This document shows, piece after piece, positions 42,681-49,755 of a stretch of DNA of 64,000 bases; positions within the stretch are counted from its first letter, which is position 1, and the number at the start of each line of letters is the position of its first letter. The stretch lies in IMG/VR virus record IMGVR_UViG_3300028048_000055, positions 1-64,000 of that record. One strand, written 5' to 3'. The notes under the pieces were generated by a model. That model was given only the letters and a program-made list of their open reading frames with translations. It had not been told where the DNA came from and searched no databases. The DNA is from a virus (lineage: Duplodnaviria; Caudoviricetes). The translations under genes and the position numbers were made by a program.

Positions 42681-42994
42681 TGTTCCATAGCTCAGTTGGT
42701 AGAGCGACGGACTGTTTGAAATAGACACTTATATTGGAAACGATATATGAAAATCATCGCTAAGTCGGTGAAACCTGTAAAATGGCAACGCCGAGCAAGG
42801 ATTAGAAATAATCTATGTGTAGAGACTTTATACGATGAGCCTAAGTCAGTAATGATATGGCTAAGACAAAGTCCAGACTACAAACGAGTGTCCAATTTGC
42901 GCGGTGGGGGGCTTAACACCCATGCGGATGCTTGGTAACGAAAGTTATAGTAGTATGAATCCGTTGGTCCCTGGTTCGAGTCCAGGTGGAACAG
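42681..42994 (+). tRNA. tRNA-Asn(GTT) interrupted by a group I intron
   Basis: exon1 42681-42716, exon2 42958-42994 form a perfect cloverleaf. Confidence 0.92.
42717..42957 (+). ncRNA. group I intron (241 nt, no ORF)
   Basis: U.G pair at the 5' splice site in P1, terminal G, core elements TCGGTGAAACC, AACGCCGAGC, GTAGAGACT, AAGACAAAGTCC. Confidence 0.9.
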
Positions 42995-43000
42995 CTAACA

Positions 43001-43130
43001 CTTAGACAGTAATTGTTCATTGTTACAACGTTATTGTTACGCACGATGAAATTCATGCAAGTTTGGAATCGACAATATTTTGTTAATTCTGGGTAAAGTT
43101 TCAATGAATAGCGGGTGATTATTATCTAAG
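43001..43130 (+). ncRNA. unknown rod-like structured RNA
   Basis: CTTAGA/TCTAAG, TTGTTCATTG/CAATGAATAG, TATTGTT/GACAATA pairings. Confidence 0.4.
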
Positions 43131-43135
43131 TAGAT

Positions 43136-43208
43136 GCTGATGTAGCACAGCTGGTAGTGCAGCGGCTTTGTAATCCGCAGGTCGGGGGTTCGGATCCCTC
43201 CATCAGCG
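43136..43208 (+). tRNA. tRNA-Thr(TGT)
   Basis: cloverleaf. Confidence 0.92.
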
Positions 43209-43214
43209 CTAAAA

Positions 43215-43330
43215 ATATTGTTAGGCGTTATTTAGAAGCTGCAGACTCTTTATAATGCTAAGCCGGGTGCAGCAACGGGATGTCAGCTGCGGGAAGAGCT
43301 GGTATAATCAGAGACCTCCAGTAACAATAT
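43215..43330 (+). ncRNA. unknown structured RNA
   Basis: ATATTGTTA/TAACAATAT closing stem, internal CTCT/AGAG, TTATA/TATAA, GCAGC/GCTGC. Confidence 0.4.
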
Positions 43331-43398
43331 AATTTTTACATTAGGTGGTAGTCCACTAGGAAGTTGGATCTCCTTTAAACCAACAAAAGAGAATTTAT

Positions 43399-43482
43399 CG
43401 CGGGATAGTCTAATGGTAAGATATTGGGCTCATAACCCAAGGACTGGTAAAGCTTGTCTCGGTTCGACTCCGAGTCCCGCTA
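43399..43482 (+). tRNA. initiator-type tRNA-Met(CAT) with 17-nt variable region
   Basis: C1xU72 mismatch, GGG/CCC anticodon stem. Confidence 0.85.
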
Positions 43483-43521
43483 TAGTTTAGAGCAGTGGTT
43501 AGCTTATATTATAAATATTAT

Positions 43522-44280
43522 ATGGAATTAAAAATAAAACATATATGTAAATTTTGTAATATGGAGTTTACTACTGGGGCACAATTAGGAACACATATTT
43601 CTAAACAATGTCTTAAAAATCCAAATAGAGGAATACAAAAGAATTCTAAAATTTGGAAATGTTCAATTTGTGGTAATGATTTTCTTTCACGAAGAAGATT
43701 ACAACAGCATCGCAAAGATGAACATATTAACGAAATTAAAAGCAAATACTATGGGTATCATCCGATATTGAATATACCTTGTCAATTTTGCGGTTTAATT
43801 TGTAAAAGAGCTCGTGATTTAACAAGACATGAAAAATTTTGCAAAGAAAACCCAAATAAACAAATTTGGCAAGGACATAAAACTTCGGATGAAACTAAAA
43901 AGAAATTATCAGAAGCGGCTATTAAAAATCTTAGTGGTACACATTGTAATTGGTTAAATAAAAAGAAATCTTATGCTGAAGAATATTTTGAAACTATATT
44001 TACAAATGCTGAATCACAATATCAAGTTGGAAGATACGTATTAGATTTTGCATGGACTAAATCAAAAATTTATATTGAAGTTGATGGTGAACAGCATTAT
44101 ACTAAAGAAGGTATCGAACACGATAAGATTAGGACAGAATTTTTAATAGAAAATGGTTGGAGACTTTTAAAAAGAATTAGATGGTCTGAATTTCAAAAAC
44201 TTTCTAAAGCTGAACGTGAAAATGAAATTTATAGATTATTACAGACTATCAAAATTCAAGAAGAAACTAAAACGTTATGA
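43522..44280 (+). CDS. Zn-finger + DUF559/Vsr-like endonuclease
   Basis: C2H2-like fingers, Y.LDFAW..KIYIEVDGEQH; TATAAATA upstream. Confidence 0.85.
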   Translation: MELKIKHICKFCNMEFTTGAQLGTHISKQCLKNPNRGIQKNSKIWKCSICGNDFLSRRRLQQHRKDEHINEIKSKYYGYHPILNIPCQFCGLICKRARDLTRHEKFCKENPNKQIWQGHKTSDETKKKLSEAAIKNLSGTHCNWLNKKKSYAEEYFETIFTNAESQYQVGRYVLDFAWTKSKIYIEVDGEQHYTKEGIEHDKIRTEFLIENGWRLLKRIRWSEFQKLSKAERENEIYRLLQTIKIQEETKTL

Positions 44281-44318
44281 TCGTAGTCGGTCGGTGGTGG
44301 AACCACCTAAAAAACTTG

Positions 44319-44392
44319 CGGAGTGTAGCTCAGCCTGGTAGAGCATCTGCTTTGGGAGCAGAGGGTCGTGAGTTCGAATCTCGCTACTCCGA
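44319..44392 (+). tRNA. tRNA-Pro(TGG)
   Basis: cloverleaf. Confidence 0.95.
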
Positions 44393-44395
44393 TAA

Positions 44396-44458
44396 AAGAC
44401 ATAGGAAGTTCCTATTAATGAATATTTTTTAGGCAAATAAAATTATACTTCCCGTCTT
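44396..44458 (+). ncRNA. TCCTAT scaffold RNA copy 1 (anticodon-like loop TT-TAG-GC)
   Basis: AAGAC/GTCTT, GGAAGT/ACTTCC. Confidence 0.7.
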
Positions 44459-44460
44459 AA

Positions 44461-44535
44461 CTCTCCTTCGCCTAGCTGGTCATGGCACTTGCCTTACAAG
44501 CAAGCAAAACCTTGGTTCAAATCCAAGAGGGGAGA
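44461..44535 (+). tRNA. tRNA-Val(TAC)
   Basis: cloverleaf. Confidence 0.88.
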
Positions 44536-44541
44536 TAAAAA

Positions 44542-44660
44542 TATAGCATAGGTAGTTCCTATTACTAAGCGTATAGCTCAACTGGTGGAGCAGTTACCGA
44601 AAGGTAAAAGGTTGTCGGTTCGAATCCGATTGTGCTTGCCATTCGATACTACCCGCTATA
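44542..44660 (+). ncRNA. TCCTAT scaffold copy 2 enclosing an anticodon-less tRNA body (44567-44641, GAAA loop, CCA)
   Basis: TATAGC/GCTATA, GGTAGT/ACTACC. Confidence 0.75.
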
Positions 44661-44670
44661 AGGGTTTAAC

Positions 44671-44739
44671 GGCATAAGACGTTCCTATTTAGCTCATGTG
44701 AGCGTTTGATTGATATTCAAAAGGTTATTACGTCTCGCC
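44671..44739 (+). ncRNA. TCCTAT scaffold copy 3 (mini D arm + Ile GAT anticodon loop)
   Basis: GGC/GCC, AGACGT/ACGTCT; TTTGA-TTGATAT-TCAAA. Confidence 0.75.
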
Positions 44740-44796
44740 AAACTTTTAACAAAAAGAGAACAAACAAAAACATAAATAAACAAAAGAGAAAATAAA

Positions 44797-44862
44797 ATGA
44801 CTTACGTTATGAACACAAATAATACCAACCCTAATAATAACCCTGAGGTTCTACAGGATTAG
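44797..44862 (+). CDS. attenuator leader peptide 2 MTYVMNTNNTNPNNNPEVLQD
   Basis: 7 Asn, 3 Thr, 2 Pro; downstream tRNAs Asn/Pro/Thr. Confidence 0.88.
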   Translation: MTYVMNTNNTNPNNNPEVLQD

Positions 44863-44894
44863 TTTTGTTTCATAACTTGATGAATTTTTAAACT

Positions 44895-44934
44895 GGATCC
44901 TGTAAGATATTAGAACTTACAGGATTTCTTTTTT
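44895..44934 (+). terminator. attenuator terminator 2
   Basis: GGATCCTGTAAG/CTTACAGGATTT plus T tract. Confidence 0.88.
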
Positions 44935-44936
44935 AT

Positions 44937-45021
44937 TCTAGTGTACCCGAGTTGGTAGCAGGGGGAGGACTGTTAATCCTTTGGCGAAAGCCCGTCGCAC
45001 GTCCGAGTCGTGCCACTAGAG
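44937..45021 (+). tRNA. tRNA-Asn(GTT), long variable arm
   Basis: cloverleaf with GGC-GAAA-GCC variable arm, G73. Confidence 0.85.
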
Positions 45022-45030
45022 CTAAATTAT

Positions 45031-45114
45031 TGGTAGGTACCCGAGTGGTAGCAGGGGGCGGCCTGTTAAGCCGTTGGCGAAAGCCCGTCGTTGGTTCGAA
45101 TCCAACGTGGACAG
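45031..45114 (+). tRNA. tRNA-Asn(GTT)-like, long variable arm, mismatched acceptor stem
   Basis: TGGTAGG vs GTGGACA has 3 mismatches. Confidence 0.65.
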
Positions 45115-45123
45115 CTAAAATAT

Positions 45124-45203
45124 TGTCTTGTGGCGGAATTGGTAAACGCACTGCACTGTTAATGCAGCACTTCGGTTTGTAGGTTCGATGCCTACCAAGA
45201 CAG
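45124..45203 (+). tRNA. tRNA-Asn(GTT), Leu-like D arm, 11-nt variable region
   Basis: cloverleaf. Confidence 0.88.
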
Positions 45204-45213
45204 TTAGATAAAA

Positions 45214-45286
45214 CAGAATGTAGCTCAGATGGCAGAGCGCACCGTTCGGGGCGGTGAGGCCGGAGGATCGTAACCTCTCATTCTGA
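45214..45286 (+). tRNA. tRNA-Pro(CGG)
   Basis: cloverleaf, T loop ATCGTAA. Confidence 0.9.
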
Positions 45287-45294
45287 TAAAATAA

Positions 45295-45367
45295 CAGGGT
45301 GTAGGCTAGTTGGTTAGTCGCATGGCCTGGGACCATGTTCACGCAAGTTCGAATCTTGCCACCCTGA
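45295..45367 (+). tRNA. tRNA-Pro(TGG) with C33
   Basis: loop CCTGGGA. Confidence 0.85.
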
Positions 45368-45403
45368 TACAACCGAGCACTCTGACTGTATTATAAATAT
45401 AAT

Positions 45404-46039
45404 ATGAATGAATATATATGTAAATTTTGCGGTAAGATTTGTAAAAACATAAATTCTTTAAAAAATCATGAAAGATTATGTAAATTAAATCCTAATAGAC
45501 AAATATCGCCATTTGTAAAATATAATGCAGAGCATGAAACAAGTTGGAATAAAGGGCTTACAAAAGAAAATGATGAAAGAGTTAAGCAAATGGCTGAAAC
45601 TATGAGTCAAAAAATAAGAGCAGGCCTAATACATAACTATGATCATCAAAAAGTATGGACAGAAGAACGTAGAAAAGCACAATCTGAAAGGAAAAAGAAA
45701 TTTTATGAAGAACACCCAGAAAAGCATCCTAATAGCTTAGTAGCTGGTGCACTTAATAAAATGACATATCCTGAAAAATTAGTTACTGAATATTTAAAAG
45801 AACATAATATAACAGCAGAACATAATTGGTATTTTAAAACAGAAAAATTTACAAGATATATAGATTTTTATATAGATGAATTAAAATTATTTATTGAAGT
45901 TGATGGAGAATATTGGCACAAAGATAAACAAAAAGATATTGATAAAGATAATGATGCATTAATGTATGGTTATAAAACATTAAGGTTAAAACCAAAAACA
46001 GTTATAACACAATTAAATGAATTTTTTAATATGGCATAG
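45404..46039 (+). CDS. Zn-finger + DUF559/Vsr-like endonuclease
   Basis: CKFCG..H.RLC, WNKGLTKE, DFY..IEVDGEYWH. Confidence 0.85.
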   Translation: MNEYICKFCGKICKNINSLKNHERLCKLNPNRQISPFVKYNAEHETSWNKGLTKENDERVKQMAETMSQKIRAGLIHNYDHQKVWTEERRKAQSERKKKFYEEHPEKHPNSLVAGALNKMTYPEKLVTEYLKEHNITAEHNWYFKTEKFTRYIDFYIDELKLFIEVDGEYWHKDKQKDIDKDNDALMYGYKTLRLKPKTVITQLNEFFNMA

Positions 46040-46098
46040 GAAGTTCCTATTAGCTCAATGAGCATTTGATTGTTAATCAAAAGGTTTTACTTCCCGCC
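46033..46098 (+). ncRNA. TCCTAT scaffold copy 4 (mini D arm + Asn GTT anticodon loop)
   Basis: GGC/GCC, GGAAGT/ACTTCC; TTTGA-TTGTTAA-TCAAA. Confidence 0.75.
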
Positions 46099-46109
46099 TA
46101 AATTTTTTA

Positions 46110-46180
46110 GCTTCTATAATTCAATGGTAAAATGCCGGTTTAGTAGTCCGGATTTCTTGGTTCGAGTCCAGGTGGAAGCG
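46110..46180 (+). tRNA. tRNA-Thr(AGT)
   Basis: G1-C72/C2-G71, loop TT-AGT-AG. Confidence 0.75.
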
Positions 46181-46222
46181 TAAAAATCTAAACTTCTGCT
46201 CTACCGAATTTATAAATATAAT

Positions 46223-46882
46223 ATGGAAGAAAATTATATTTGTAAATTTTGTGGGAAACAATGTAAAAATGCTAATTCTTTACGAAATCACGAAAGATTT
46301 TGTAAAGAAAACCCTGAACACCAAGAATCTCCATGGATAAAATTTAATCATGAACGAGGCGCTTGGAATAAAGGATTAACTAAAGATACGGATGAACGTA
46401 TTAAAAAACGTAGCGAAACATTTTCAAAACGCTATAAAGGCACTGAAGAAGGGAAACGAATTTTTAGTCATCCGCAATCTGAAGAACATAAACAAAAAAT
46501 GCGTAAAATTGCAACAGAAAGACATTGGGGCGGTTGGCATACCTCAAAATCTATTGAATTTAATGGTATAAATTTAGATTCTAGTTATGAAGTTGAAGTA
46601 GCAAATCAACTTAATGAAAATAAAATAAAATGGGAAAGACCTACTTATTTTCTATGGGAAGATACTAATGGAGTAAAACATCGTTATTATCCTGATTTTT
46701 ATCTTCCAGAATATAATGTATATCTTGACCCAAAAAATGATTATTTAATAAATAATAAATCTAAAAAATTTGGTATTACTGATGTTGAAAAAATAATGAA
46801 AGTTGAACAACAAAATGGAATACGTATAATTATTTTAGATAAAGATAATTTAACATGGGAAAACATTAAAGAAAAGATTTAA
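46223..46882 (+). CDS. Zn-finger + PD-(D/E)XK (TnsA-like) endonuclease
   Basis: DSSYE, YYPDFYLPEYNVYLDPK; TATAAATA upstream. Confidence 0.85.
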   Translation: MEENYICKFCGKQCKNANSLRNHERFCKENPEHQESPWIKFNHERGAWNKGLTKDTDERIKKRSETFSKRYKGTEEGKRIFSHPQSEEHKQKMRKIATERHWGGWHTSKSIEFNGINLDSSYEVEVANQLNENKIKWERPTYFLWEDTNGVKHRYYPDFYLPEYNVYLDPKNDYLINNKSKKFGITDVEKIMKVEQQNGIRIIILDKDNLTWENIKEKI

Positions 46883-46914
46883 GTTAGTCGGGAGTTCGAA
46901 TCTCTCACCAGGCG
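46883..46914 (+). pseudogene. orphan tRNA 3' half (T arm + acceptor strand ACCAGGCG)
   Basis: GGGAG-TTCGAAT-CTCTC directly after the endonuclease stop. Confidence 0.6.
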
Positions 46915-46981
46915 TATCAATGAGAAAGGGTTGACATTTGTCGACCTTTTTTCTATATTAAAAGAAAAAGGAAATATAATA

Positions 46982-47902
46982 ATGTTTAAGAAAATTATCG
47001 ATAAAATTGAACAAGCAACCATCAATTATACGATTAAGCATAGGAAGCCATTTACTTATTACTTGAATAGACCTGACGGAAAACGTTGTAAAACCCGTCA
47101 TACATCCTTTAATGCACAGTCAAAGTATTTCTATGACGATAAAGGTCGTGAAATTGCATGGATATATTCTAATAACGGGAAAATAACTAGTTGTACTACT
47201 TACGAATATAAAAATAACGAGAGTAATGAACAAAGTAAGCGTTGGAAGCGTGAATTTAAAATTGTTGATAATAAGCGTGTTTTAATCGAAGATTCGTTAG
47301 TTGTTTACAATGATGATGGTACATATACTGTTACAGAAAACGGTATTACGACAACAAAACATATTATTAAGCCTACGGTTATTAAAGATAATAATGGCAA
47401 TATTATTGAAGAAAAATCATTTGACCCTGATGAAAATGAAGATTTTCATGCTGTAATGTCATATGACGAACAAAATAGATTAATTCGTAAAGTAACAACA
47501 TATACAGTCAATAATGTGATTAAAAACAAATATATTGATGAAAATGCATATGATGCTGAAGGCCATATTATAAAACATACATGGTATATGAATACTGATT
47601 ATGGTACTGATGAAAGTACTACTATTGACTATAATGTATATGACAAGAAAAATCGTTTAGTTAAATGCTGTTCACATACATCTTATAATAGAGCTTGTTT
47701 GGGTAAGCATAAGTATATAGATACTACATATTATAAGTATGATGAAAAAAATAATGCTGAAATAACTTTACATGAATATACTAATTGGTTATCTAAGTGT
47801 TATGATAAAACTGTAACATTGCCAAATGGTTATACTGTTGAATCCCATTGGGATCTTCCGGTTTGGCCTGATAAGTTGCGTCGATTCTTTGGAGCATATT
47901 AA
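46982..47902 (+). CDS. YD-repeat-like protein
   Basis: repeated YD.xG/N motifs. Confidence 0.6.
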   Translation: MFKKIIDKIEQATINYTIKHRKPFTYYLNRPDGKRCKTRHTSFNAQSKYFYDDKGREIAWIYSNNGKITSCTTYEYKNNESNEQSKRWKREFKIVDNKRVLIEDSLVVYNDDGTYTVTENGITTTKHIIKPTVIKDNNGNIIEEKSFDPDENEDFHAVMSYDEQNRLIRKVTTYTVNNVIKNKYIDENAYDAEGHIIKHTWYMNTDYGTDESTTIDYNVYDKKNRLVKCCSHTSYNRACLGKHKYIDTTYYKYDEKNNAEITLHEYTNWLSKCYDKTVTLPNGYTVESHWDLPVWPDKLRRFFGAY

Positions 47903-47904
47903 TC

Positions 47905-48507
47905 ATGACAGAATTACTGATTATCGCAAGTGTAATTACGGTTACAGTAATTCTTAGTTATTATTTCGGTATTCAGCTTTTATATAAGTATAGAAAAGGA
48001 ATAACGAAGATTCTTGGACTTATTACATTTATTTCTGTTATCGGATATGGAATGTATAAAGATTATCAAGACGAAAAAATTCTTGAAAATGTACTTACTG
48101 AAGTAACAACTGAAATTAATAGCACAGATAGAAGTATGTTAACTGATGATGGTTTTCATGAATTTGTGGAACATTTTGTTATGAAGAAAAACGACGTAAA
48201 TTTTAAAGTCGTTCCACAAATTGATACAGCAATTTTGAAAATCAATAAAGTCTACCAGAATGTACTTAATGACCCTGATTATAAGATTCTTATAACGAGC
48301 GCAAATGATTCGAAGTCACATTCGAAAAATTCTGCACATTATCGTGGTGAAGCAGTAGATATTCGTATCAAGAATATTGATCGACATTCGAAGAATGAAA
48401 TTATATCTACAGTTAAAGAAATTCTTGGAGATAGATTTTTCATATTGCATGAAGATCGAGGAAAACCCAATGAACATTTACATATTCAATTAAAAAATAA
48501 GGGTTGA
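47905..48507 (+). CDS. membrane-anchored peptidase M15/DD-peptidase-fold protein
   Basis: 2 TM; SAHYRGEAVDI...HLHIQ zinc motif. Confidence 0.75.
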   Translation: MTELLIIASVITVTVILSYYFGIQLLYKYRKGITKILGLITFISVIGYGMYKDYQDEKILENVLTEVTTEINSTDRSMLTDDGFHEFVEHFVMKKNDVNFKVVPQIDTAILKINKVYQNVLNDPDYKILITSANDSKSHSKNSAHYRGEAVDIRIKNIDRHSKNEIISTVKEILGDRFFILHEDRGKPNEHLHIQLKNKG

Positions 48508-48539
48508 CAAAGAGAATATAATTTACTATATTTAACATC

Positions 48540-48608
48540 GTTAAAGCAAAGAATGTTCCTATTAATATCAAATTATTTTTAGCAGATGACAATACATTCC
48601 GCTTTAAC
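48540..48608 (+). ncRNA. TCCTAT scaffold copy 5 (loop TT-TAG-CA)
   Basis: GTTAAAGC/GCTTTAAC, GAATGT/ACATTC; starts just after promoter 48504-48532. Confidence 0.75.
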
Positions 48609-48612
48609 AATT

Positions 48613-48734
48613 CGACGAGTAGCTCAATTGGTAGAGCACATGTTTTTTATACCAACCGCTACTTGGCAAACTTGGTTCCTATTAATTATGGAATAGGTCC
48701 ATGGGGGTTGTAGGTTCGAGTCCTACCTTCCCGG
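48613..48734 (+). ncRNA. tRNA-like RNA with a circularly permuted TCCTAT scaffold in place of the anticodon loop
   Basis: D and T arms intact; T-ACCAAC-C-GCTA-CT-TGGC-AAA-CTTGGT-TCCTATT inside the CATG/CATG stem. Confidence 0.65.
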
Positions 48735-48756
48735 TTATAAAAAATTTATCGCTGAA

Positions 48757-48831
48757 TGCTCTATCGTCTAGTGGTTTAGGACAGCCGGGGGTTAAACCGG
48801 TGAACAGTGGGTTCGAATCCCCTTAGAGGTA
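48757..48831 (+). pseudogene. aberrant Glu-like tRNA body, 8-nt anticodon loop
   Basis: GCCGG-GGGTTAAA-CCGGT; terminal acceptor mismatches. Confidence 0.5.
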
Positions 48832-48941
48832 ACTAAATATTGATTGCAGTCAATATATTCTTCAGCGAGAGGTATACTGATTGACGCCTGCAAACGTTGT
48901 GATGTATACCGGCGCTATTAAAAATATTTTAAAAAGAGGGG

Positions 48942-48970
48942 TTGACAAACCAAAAACTTTTTACTATATT
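48942..48970 (+). promoter_or_regulatory. sigma70-type promoter of tRNA block 3
   Basis: TTGACA-N17-TATATT. Confidence 0.8.
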
Positions 48971-49032
48971 TTAATCAAACAAAAAACAAAAACAGGAAAA
49001 AAATTTTTATATATAATATAAAAGGTAACAAA

Positions 49033-49140
49033 ATGAACAAGAACTTTAACATTGAATTCATCGCGATTGCAGCAGAACGTATTGCAGAATTTGCAGAACG
49101 TGTTTTTGCGATTGACAATTCAGTGCACAGGTTCAAGTAA
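49033..49140 (+). CDS. attenuator leader peptide 3 MNKNFNIEFIAIAAERIAEFAERVFAIDNSVHRFK
   Basis: AAGGT SD; A6 E4 F5 I5 V2. Confidence 0.9.
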   Translation: MNKNFNIEFIAIAAERIAEFAERVFAIDNSVHRFK

Positions 49141-49170
49141 ACGAAATTACTTAAGGTATGAAGAATTTAC

Positions 49171-49205
49171 GGTTCCTGTGTATAACACAGGGACCTTAAT
49201 TTTTT
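49171..49205 (+). terminator. attenuator terminator 3
   Basis: GGTTCCTGTG/CACAGGGACC plus T-rich tail. Confidence 0.85.
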
Positions 49206-49215
49206 ATATAACTTT

Positions 49216-49289
49216 GGGACTTTAGAATACGTTAGCTAGTTCACCGCCCTTTCACGGCGGAGAATCGGGGGCAGCACCCGGAAGTCCTA
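49216..49289 (+). tRNA. tRNA-Glu(TTC)
   Basis: cloverleaf, T loop GGCAGCA. Confidence 0.85.
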
Positions 49290-49297
49290 CTAATTTT

Positions 49298-49368
49298 GGG
49301 CTTATGATGTAATGGTAGCATAATAGCTTTGCAAGCTATTTGTTAGGTTTCGAATACCTATAGGTCCA
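49298..49368 (+). tRNA. tRNA-Ala(TGC)
   Basis: cloverleaf, G3.U70. Confidence 0.88.
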
Positions 49369-49377
49369 CTATATTAT

Positions 49378-49451
49378 GCCGCTCAATCCGAATCCAGTGA
49401 TCGGACGGGACTGAAAATCCCAGAAGCTCAGGGCAGCACTGAGGGGCGGCA
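49378..49451 (+). tRNA. tRNA-Phe(GAA)
   Basis: cloverleaf, atypical D and T loops. Confidence 0.78.
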
Positions 49452-49463
49452 CGAAAACATTAT

Positions 49464-49537
49464 GGGCCAGTAGCCTAGTAGGAAAGGCACCGCACCTGCA
49501 ATGCGGAGTTCATGGGTTCGATCCCCATCTGTGTCCA
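49464..49537 (+). tRNA. tRNA-Ala(TGC), C33, bulged acceptor
   Basis: cloverleaf, G3.U70. Confidence 0.78.
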
Positions 49538-49547
49538 CTAAATTTTT

Positions 49548-49620
49548 GGGCTCGCATGTACCCTGGAGGCGAGCTGGCCTTGCAAGCCGGCTGAGATGGG
49601 TTCGACACCCACCGGGTCCA
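49548..49620 (+). tRNA. tRNA-Ala(TGC), weak D arm
   Basis: G3.U70; anticodon and T arms clear. Confidence 0.75.
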
Positions 49621-49677
49621 TGAAAATAAATTTACATTAAGGAGTTAAAATGGGAACTGATATGTAAAAATAAATAT

Positions 49678-49750
49678 GGGCTTATGGTGTAATTGGTAAC
49701 ATGTCGGCTTTGCAAGCCGAAGAGTCCGGAATCGTCCTCCGGTAGGTCCA
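49678..49750 (+). tRNA. tRNA-Ala(TGC)
   Basis: G3.U70, atypical T loop. Confidence 0.8.
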
Positions 49751-49755
49751 CTAAT

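Noticed and set aside
42747-43104. ORFs 42747-42938 (+) and 42913-43104 (-)
   Set aside because: They overlap the group I intron core and tRNA exon; shadow ORFs.
44933-45372. ORFs over the Asn/Pro tRNAs, and likewise 51866-52211, 53504-53850, 57523-58302, 61308-61505 and 62817-63008
   Set aside because: Translations of tRNA or ncRNA sequence, with no SD or protein features.
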